Below are positions 57,635-64,000 of a DNA stretch of 64,000 bases, one piece after another. Origin of the DNA: Oscillospiraceae bacterium (lineage in GTDB: Bacteria > Bacillota > Clostridia > Oscillospirales > CAG-272); NCBI GenBank assembly GCA_015063795.1, contig SVTL01000007.1, positions 12,600 through 76,599 on the forward strand. The letters are read 5' to 3'. Both the position numbers and the translations under genes were made by a program. The first letter of the stretch is position 1, and the number at the start of each line of letters is the position of its first letter. Under the pieces are notes generated by a model. The model was not told the DNA's origin and did no database searches. It saw only the letters and a list, made by a program, of their open reading frames with translations.

Positions 57635-60600
57635 ATGAAAAGAACCAGATTAGCGAGAGCGTTTTGTCTTTTTCTGGCTGTCCTGATGGCGACCGGTGCC
57701 TTCTCGGCGTTCGGCGTATCGGCAGTCGGCGAAACCAAAACCTCGGACAACGGTGTTGTCGCCGTTGAAAAAAGCTCTCTGCAGCAGATGATGGAAATAC
57801 TTGACGTTATTTCCTATTACGAGTATGCAGAAAAGTATGCGGAGATCCCGCGCGCCAAGCAGCCGATCACCATTCAGGCGGCTGATTATCTGGCGTCGGA
57901 GACCACTGCCGCTGTCACCGTGGAGACCGATTACGAGGGCTCGACCGGCAAGTCTCTTGCCACGCCTTCGGACGGTAAGGTCTCTTGGGAAGTGAACATT
58001 CCCGAGGACGGTAAGTATGCAGTCAAATTTGTGTACTATCCCACGCTGGGCAAGGCATCCGCCATTGAAAGAATGATGTACATCGACGGCTTCATCCCGT
58101 TCGCAGAAGCCCGTTCGCTGACGGCCACCAAGAGCTGGGAGGACGTGTATGAGGGCGAGTTCGGTGTGTTCGTAAGAGACATCAACGACAACCAGATCCG
58201 CCCCGAAAAGGCACAGAAGCCCTTCTGGACCGAGTATGTGGCAACAGACTCCACCGGTTACAATGTGAACCCCCTGGAGTTCTACTTCACCGCGGGCAAG
58301 CACGTGATCACGCTTGAGTCGGTCCGTGAGCCTATGGTGCTCAAGGAGATCACGCTGTATCCTTATGAGGATCTGCCTACCTATGCCGAGGTTCTCGCTG
58401 AGTACGAGAAGAAGGGATATAAGGAAGTTTCTGCCGATGCCACCCTGCACATCCCGGCTGAGATCTCCTCCAGAACCTCCGAGCAGACCATCTACCCCAT
58501 TTCCGACCGTACCAGCCCGATCACCGAGCCGCAGGATGCGTCTCTGGTCCGACTGAACACCATCGGTGCCGAGAAGTGGAAGACCGTCGGCCAGTGGGTT
58601 GAGTATGACGTGGATGTCAAGGAAAGCGGCCTTTACAAGATCGTGCTGCGCTTCAAGCAGTCCGAGCTGGCCGGTATGTACACGTCCAGAAAGTTATATA
58701 TAAATGGAGAGGTTCCGTTCGAGGAGGCCAACTATCTGCAGTTCAACTTCGACAACAACTGGCAGGTCAAGGCTCTCAACGACGGCTCGCAGGAGTTCCT
58801 GTTCTATCTGGAAAAGGGAACCAACACGCTCCGTTTTGAAGTTGTTCTCGGTCACTTGGGCGAGATCCTTCGCCGTGCCCAGGATGCACTGAATATGATG
58901 AACACCACCTATACCTCGATTTTGAAGATCACGGGTTCCACCCCTGACCAGTACCGTGACTACGACTTTGCTGCACTGATCCCCGATGAGATCGGTATGC
59001 TCGGCCTTGCCGCCCAGGCTCTGCGCGGTGTGTCCGAGGAGCTGGTTTCCATCACCGGTCAGCGCGGATCGCACGTGGCCACGCTGGATAAAGTGTTCGT
59101 CCTTCTCGAAAGAATGTACGAGGATGAGGACGAGATCGCCAAGAACCTTTCCAACCTGAAAACATACATAGGTACTCTCGGAACTTGGCTTGCCAGCTCG
59201 ATCAGTATGCCTCTGGAGGTCGACTACATCAATCTTCAGAATTCCACTGAGGCTCTGCCGGCTGCCAACGCCAACTTCTTCCAGAAGATGTGGCACGAGA
59301 TCAAAGCCTTTGTCATGAGCTTCTTCTCCGACTACAGCTCGCTGGGCAGCACCTCCGAGGAGGTCAGCGGCGAGGCTGTTGAGGTTTGGGTCACCACCGG
59401 ACGCGAGAGATCCCAGATCCTCCGTTCGCTGATCGATAACGAGTTCACGCCTCACTCCAACATCAGCGTAAATCTGAAGCTGGTCGCAGGCGGTATCCTC
59501 CAGTCGACTCTTGCCGGCATCGGTCCCGACCTGGCAACGCTGAGCTCTGCCGACTGTATCAGCTATGCCATCCGTGATGCGGTTCTTCCCATCACACCTC
59601 ATAGCTATGAGGATGAGGAAGGTGACGACGAGGCAACCAAGAAGCGCAATGCCGAGCTCCGCGAGATCTTCTCTGACTTCAATGAAGCGATCAAGGCATT
59701 CCCCGCTTCCTCCACCGTTCCGCTCACCCTTTACGGCGAGACCTTCGGTCTGCCCAACACCATGGCGTTCCCCATGCTCTTCTACCGCATGGATATCTTC
59801 GCTGACCTCGGTCTCGAGGTTCCGAGAACCTGGGATGAGCTGCACGCCATCGTTCCCGTTCTCCAGAACAACTACATGGATGTCGGTTTCCCGCAGAAGC
59901 TGCCCGGCCTGAAGATGTTCCTCTATCAGAACGGCGGCGAGCTGTTTGCCGATGACGGTAAGCGAATCAACCTCGACTCCAACGTGGCGCTGACTGCCTT
60001 CGAGCAGCTCTGCGACCTGTTTGAAAAGTATAAGTTCCCGCTTAAATACGACTTCCCGAACCGTTTCAGAACCGGTGAGATGCCTCTGGGCATTGTGGAC
60101 TATGTCACCAACTACAACCAGCTGGTCGTCTTCGCTCCTGAAATCGAGGGCCTTTGGGAATTCACCTCCCTGCCCGGCGTTGAGCATGAGGACGGTACCA
60201 TCCGCAACGTATCGGTTACCGAAGTAACGGCCATTTCCATGCTGAAGGGCTGTGAGGGCAACGAAAAGAATGCTTGGGAGTACATGAAGTGGTACACCGG
60301 CGCTACCTGCCAGTCCCGTTACTCCAGTGAGTTGGTTGCCATCGTCGGTCCCTCCTCGAAGTACAACACGGCCAACATCGAAGCGCTCGAGTCCATGCCC
60401 TGGACCAGCCGTGAGTACTCCAACCTGATGCTTCAGTTCGAAAACACCGTGGGTGTTCCCGAATATCCCGGAAGCTATATCATTGACCGTTATGTAAGCT
60501 TCGCCTTCCTTGATGTTTACAACGACGGCGCTGATGCTGTGGAATCTCTGCTTGATATTGTTACCGATATCAACAAGGAAATTACCCGCAAGCGTAAAGA

Positions 60601-60694
60601 GTTCCATTACGATTACCTCGAATTTGATTACTCCACCTCCGCACAGTACATCGAATCGGCCGACGGTTCTGCTGAAACCGAACAGGCATCCTAA
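57635..60694 (+). CDS. Very large extracellular solute-binding protein (N-terminal CBM-like beta domains plus C-terminal family 1 SBP)
   Basis: Signal peptide; GQWVEYDVDV.ESGLYKI jelly-roll-like segment; MLFYRMDIF, VPRTWDEL, FRTGEMPLGI, AWEYMKW. Confidence 0.8.
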   Translation: MKRTRLARAFCLFLAVLMATGAFSAFGVSAVGETKTSDNGVVAVEKSSLQQMMEILDVISYYEYAEKYAEIPRAKQPITIQAADYLASETTAAVTVETDYEGSTGKSLATPSDGKVSWEVNIPEDGKYAVKFVYYPTLGKASAIERMMYIDGFIPFAEARSLTATKSWEDVYEGEFGVFVRDINDNQIRPEKAQKPFWTEYVATDSTGYNVNPLEFYFTAGKHVITLESVREPMVLKEITLYPYEDLPTYAEVLAEYEKKGYKEVSADATLHIPAEISSRTSEQTIYPISDRTSPITEPQDASLVRLNTIGAEKWKTVGQWVEYDVDVKESGLYKIVLRFKQSELAGMYTSRKLYINGEVPFEEANYLQFNFDNNWQVKALNDGSQEFLFYLEKGTNTLRFEVVLGHLGEILRRAQDALNMMNTTYTSILKITGSTPDQYRDYDFAALIPDEIGMLGLAAQALRGVSEELVSITGQRGSHVATLDKVFVLLERMYEDEDEIAKNLSNLKTYIGTLGTWLASSISMPLEVDYINLQNSTEALPAANANFFQKMWHEIKAFVMSFFSDYSSLGSTSEEVSGEAVEVWVTTGRERSQILRSLIDNEFTPHSNISVNLKLVAGGILQSTLAGIGPDLATLSSADCISYAIRDAVLPITPHSYEDEEGDDEATKKRNAELREIFSDFNEAIKAFPASSTVPLTLYGETFGLPNTMAFPMLFYRMDIFADLGLEVPRTWDELHAIVPVLQNNYMDVGFPQKLPGLKMFLYQNGGELFADDGKRINLDSNVALTAFEQLCDLFEKYKFPLKYDFPNRFRTGEMPLGIVDYVTNYNQLVVFAPEIEGLWEFTSLPGVEHEDGTIRNVSVTEVTAISMLKGCEGNEKNAWEYMKWYTGATCQSRYSSELVAIVGPSSKYNTANIEALESMPWTSREYSNLMLQFENTVGVPEYPGSYIIDRYVSFAFLDVYNDGADAVESLLDIVTDINKEITRKRKEFHYDYLEFDYSTSAQYIESADGSAETEQAS

Positions 60695-60744
60695 AGGCGC
60701 ACTGCCTTTTGAAGAATAAAATCAAGTAAGGAGAGAAAATTCTT

Positions 60745-61701
60745 ATGTCAGCCAATGCAGCCGTACAGGAAAAGAAAAAAGCTGTTGCAAGAAAAGACAT
60801 GACGAAATGGCAGTGGACTTGGAAAGAGATCAAGCGCAATAAGGTCGCATATGTAATGGTGGCGCCCTTCATGCTGATCTTCACCCTGTTTACCGTTGTT
60901 CCGGTCGTCGTTTCGATGCTGCTCAGCTTTACCAACTTCAATATGCTTCAGGTTCCCGACATTGTCTTCATGGACAACTACATCACCCTGTTCCTTGATG
61001 ACGATATCTTCCTCACGGCGATCCAGAACACCTTCGTGTTCGCGGTCATCGTCGGTCCGGCATCCTACGTTATCTCGTTCATCTGTGCGTGGTTCATCAA
61101 CGAGCTTCCGCCCAAGATCCGTGCGATTGTTACCTTTATTTTCTACTCTCCCTCGATCTCGGGTTCTGCTTATCTGATGTGGACCATCGTGTTCAGCTCT
61201 GACGCTTACGGTTACGCCAACGCCATTTTGATCGACATGGGCATCATCGCCTCCCCGATTCTGTGGTTTGAGAATACGAAATATATCATGCCGATCTGTA
61301 TCATCGTTGCGCTGTGGACCTCGCTGGGTGTATCCTTCCTGTCCTTCATCGCCGGTTTCCAGGGCATCGACAAGAGCCTGTTTGAGGCAGGCGCTGTGGA
61401 CGGTGTCAAGAACCGTTGGCAGGAGCTGTGGTACATCACCCTTCCGACCATGAAGCCTCAGCTGATGTTCGGTGCTATCATGTCCATCACCAACTCCTTC
61501 GGCTTCGGCGCCATCGTTACCGCCCTCTGCGGTTTCCCGTCTTACGAGTATGCGGCACACACCATCATGCATCACCTGGAAGACTACGGTAACACCCGTT
61601 GGGAAGTCGGTTACGCTTCGGCGATCGCCACGATCCTGTTTGCCATCATGCTGGGAGCGAATATGGTGGTTAAGAAGATGCTCGGAAAGGTGGGTAAATA
61701 A
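60745..61701 (+). CDS. Carbohydrate ABC transporter permease
   Basis: EAA loop LFEAGAVDG, ITLPTMKPQL; about 6 TM segments. Confidence 0.92.
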   Translation: MSANAAVQEKKKAVARKDMTKWQWTWKEIKRNKVAYVMVAPFMLIFTLFTVVPVVVSMLLSFTNFNMLQVPDIVFMDNYITLFLDDDIFLTAIQNTFVFAVIVGPASYVISFICAWFINELPPKIRAIVTFIFYSPSISGSAYLMWTIVFSSDAYGYANAILIDMGIIASPILWFENTKYIMPICIIVALWTSLGVSFLSFIAGFQGIDKSLFEAGAVDGVKNRWQELWYITLPTMKPQLMFGAIMSITNSFGFGAIVTALCGFPSYEYAAHTIMHHLEDYGNTRWEVGYASAIATILFAIMLGANMVVKKMLGKVGK

Positions 61702-61703
61702 AG

Positions 61704-62576
61704 GTGAAAAAACTTCGTACCAGAAAGCATACCGTTGTCCTCAACCGCTCTGCGGGCGGCGACGCGGGCATTGCTGTCTTCCTGATCCTGATGGGCGCCT
61801 TCCTTTTCCTTCCTATGTATTATACGGTCATTCAGTCGCTGAAGCCGCTGGATGAGCTGTGGATGTTCCCGCCCCGCTTCTATGTTTCCAACCCCTCGTT
61901 TGAGAACTTCTCCGAGCTGCTCTACCTGATGAGCGACTCCTGGGTACCGTTCTCCCGTTACATTTTCAACACCGTGTTCATTTCGGTGACCGGTACGTTT
62001 GGCAACCTGCTCTTCGCCTCCCTGTGTGCGTATGCACTGGCGAAGATCAAGTTCCCCGGACGCGGCTGGATGTTCCAGGTCGTCGTCCTCTCGCTGATGT
62101 TCCACTCCACGGTCTCCGCCATCGCCAACTACATCACCCTCGGTACTCTCGGCTGGCTGGATACCTACCTGGCCCGTGTGGTCCCTGCCTGGGGCTCCAC
62201 CCTCGGTCTTTACCTGATGAAGCAGTTCATGGAAACCAACGTCCATGATTCGATTCTGGAAAGTGCCCGTATCGACGGCGCCAAGGAGTTCAAGATCTAT
62301 TGGACGATCGCCATGCCGATGGTTAAGCCCGCTTGGCTGACGCTGATCGTGTATTGCTTCAAGGATCTGTGGAACACCGGTGCTTCCATTTACATTCAGT
62401 CCGAGCAGCTGAAAACCTTCAACTACGCCGTTTCTCAGCTGGTCGCTGACGGTATCTCCCGTCAGGGTGCATCGGCCGCCGCCGCGGTTATTACCATGCT
62501 GGTGCCGATCATCGTCTTCATTCTCACGCAGAGTAACATACTCGAGACGATGGGCTCGTCCGGTATGAAGGATTAA
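61704..62576 (+). CDS. Carbohydrate ABC transporter permease
   Basis: ILESARIDGA, IAMPMVKPAW; about 6 TM segments. Confidence 0.92.
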   Translation: MKKLRTRKHTVVLNRSAGGDAGIAVFLILMGAFLFLPMYYTVIQSLKPLDELWMFPPRFYVSNPSFENFSELLYLMSDSWVPFSRYIFNTVFISVTGTFGNLLFASLCAYALAKIKFPGRGWMFQVVVLSLMFHSTVSAIANYITLGTLGWLDTYLARVVPAWGSTLGLYLMKQFMETNVHDSILESARIDGAKEFKIYWTIAMPMVKPAWLTLIVYCFKDLWNTGASIYIQSEQLKTFNYAVSQLVADGISRQGASAAAAVITMLVPIIVFILTQSNILETMGSSGMKD

Positions 62577-62588
62577 GGAGGAAAGGAA

Positions 62589-64000
62589 ATGAAATCGAAA
62601 TTCACGCGCTTTATTGCCATTTCCATGGTCCTCGTCCTTCTGCTGGGTACGGTCACCGCGTTCGCCGCTTCGTCTTACGGTACGTACATCTACGCTAAGG
62701 ACGGCTTCTCCATGACCAGCCCCGATGCGTACACGCCTACGCTGCTTATCGACTCCGCTTACATGGGTCTGGTTGAGGCAACCGAAAAGAAGCTGACCTC
62801 GCCCTCTGATATTGAAGTGGACGAAAACGATCATGTTTACATCGCCGATGCCGACAACGACCGCATCGTGGTTCTCGACGAGTACTACAAGTTCAAGTTC
62901 ACCATCGACAAGTTCATCAACGGCAACGGTATTCCCGATGCCCTTGATAATCCCCAGGGCCTGTTCGTCGGCAATGGCAAGATCTATGTTGCTGATACCG
63001 ACAACAAGAGAATCGCCATCTTCAACCAGGAGGACGGCTCGTTCTACACCATCGTTGAGCAGCCGGAGGACGAAGTCTTCCCGGAAGGCTCGGTTTACCG
63101 CCCGATCGCTGTCGCCGTTGACAAGTCGGGAAGAATGTACATCGTTTCCTCTTCGACCTACATGGGCGTCATCGCCATGAACGAACAGTCCGAGTTCCAG
63201 GGCTTCATCGGTGCGCAGAAGGTTACCATCAGCACCATGGACATCATCTGGAGATACTTCCAGACCAAGGAACAGCGCGCAAGAAGCGAGCAGTACATCT
63301 CCACCAACTTCAACAACATCGATATCGATGATCGCGGCTTTATCTACGTCACGTCCGACCAGATCGCCGAGTCCAGCCAGCAGGCTGCGGTCAAGAGCAA
63401 GGGAAGCACCTATTCTCCCGTGAAGAAGCTCAACACCGCCGGCGACGATATTATGAAGAGAAACGGCTTCTTCGGCTTCGGTGAGGTCTCCACTCTGACC
63501 AAGACCACCAGCCAGATGACCAACCAGGGCACCACCGTTTCCAGCACCTCCACCATCACCGGTGTTTCCCAGATCACCGACGTTGCTCTCGGCGAGGAAG
63601 GCACCTGGTCCATCATCGATGCCAAGCGCCAGAAGGTTCTCACCTATGATGAAAACGGCTCTCTGCTCTTCATCTTCGGCGACCAGGGCTCTCAGCTCGG
63701 TAACCTGAAGGGCATCAAGGCTCTCTGCTATCAGGGCAGCCGCCTGCTCCTCCTCGATAAGAGCACCGCTTCCATCTCGGTTTACACCAGAACCGAGTAC
63801 GGCGATATCCTCATCGGCGCTCTGAGAAATCAGAACAACCGTAACTACGATAAGGCCAAGGAAGACTGGGAGAACATTCTCCAGAGAAACAACAACTTCG
63901 ATGCCGCTTATATCGGTATCGGTAAAGCCCTCCACCGCTCCGGCGACTGGGAAGGCGCAATGGAATACTACAAGAACGCTTACGATACCGAGAATTACTC
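62589..64000 (+). CDS. Secreted NHL-repeat beta-propeller protein with TPR-like region; truncated by the window end
   Basis: Translated by hand: MKSKFTRFIAISMVL...PSDIEVDENDHVYIADADNDRIVVLD...PQGLFVGNGKIYVADTDNKRI...AYIGIGKALHRSGDWEGAMEYYK; open to the end. Confidence 0.85.
   Translation, partial: MKSKFTRFIAISMVLVLLLGTVTAFAASSYGTYIYAKDGFSMTSPDAYTPTLLIDSAYMGLVEATEKKLTSPSDIEVDENDHVYIADADNDRIVVLDEYYKFKFTIDKFINGNGIPDALDNPQGLFVGNGKIYVADTDNKRIAIFNQEDGSFYTIVEQPEDEVFPEGSVYRPIAVAVDKSGRMYIVSSSTYMGVIAMNEQSEFQGFIGAQKVTISTMDIIWRYFQTKEQRARSEQYISTNFNNIDIDDRGFIYVTSDQIAESSQQAAVKSKGSTYSPVKKLNTAGDDIMKRNGFFGFGEVSTLTKTTSQMTNQGTTVSSTSTITGVSQITDVALGEEGTWSIIDAKRQKVLTYDENGSLLFIFGDQGSQLGNLKGIKALCYQGSRLLLLDKSTASISVYTRTEYGDILIGALRNQNNRNYDKAKEDWENILQRNNNFDAAYIGIGKALHRSGDWEGAMEYYKNAYDTENY

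Noticed and set aside
1364-63935. Many long antisense ORFs (for example 1364-2746, 6539-8158, 20921-22618, 37626-39299, 41452-43095, 58694-60607, 61611-63935)
   Set aside because: They shadow clearly recognisable genes on the opposite strand, show no motifs, and are expected from high third-position GC codon bias.

Overview
Mostly core chromosome of a GC-rich, endospore-forming Clostridia bacterium (Oscillospirales-like by inference; gpr, spoIIP, a SpoIVFB-like protease and a SigH-like sigma factor are present). The left edge (1-~1060, visibly AT-rich) holds a broken Rhs toxin remnant with an intact SMI1/KNR4 immunity gene. Housekeeping content follows: hisS-aspS, uppP-ftsK-tmk-...-mltG, Lrp-chr-chr-azlCD, tRNA-Ile2(CAU), valS, infC-rpmI-rplT, pfkA, hom, aspartate kinase, pdxK and thyX. 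The window ends inside a large carbohydrate ABC/NHL-repeat operon. Strongest candidates for something undescribed: (1) a stand-alone, phage-like two-gene operon (small Cys4 protein plus RinA/ArpU-like HTH activator) with a perfect LexA box between its promoter and RBS and no prophage around it; (2) a valine T-box whose first gene is a CocE/NonD serine hydrolase placed ahead of valS; (3) a TetR-controlled operon pairing an acyl-CoA ligase with a lone E2-type acyltransferase whose catalytic His is Glu, next to three tandem M20 amidohydrolases; (4) a structured RNA candidate ahead of a zinc-ribbon gene; (5) the oversized solute-binding protein/NHL-TPR uptake system with a repeat-rich upstream region. 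All family calls come from motif recognition by eye; no database searches or folding programs were run.
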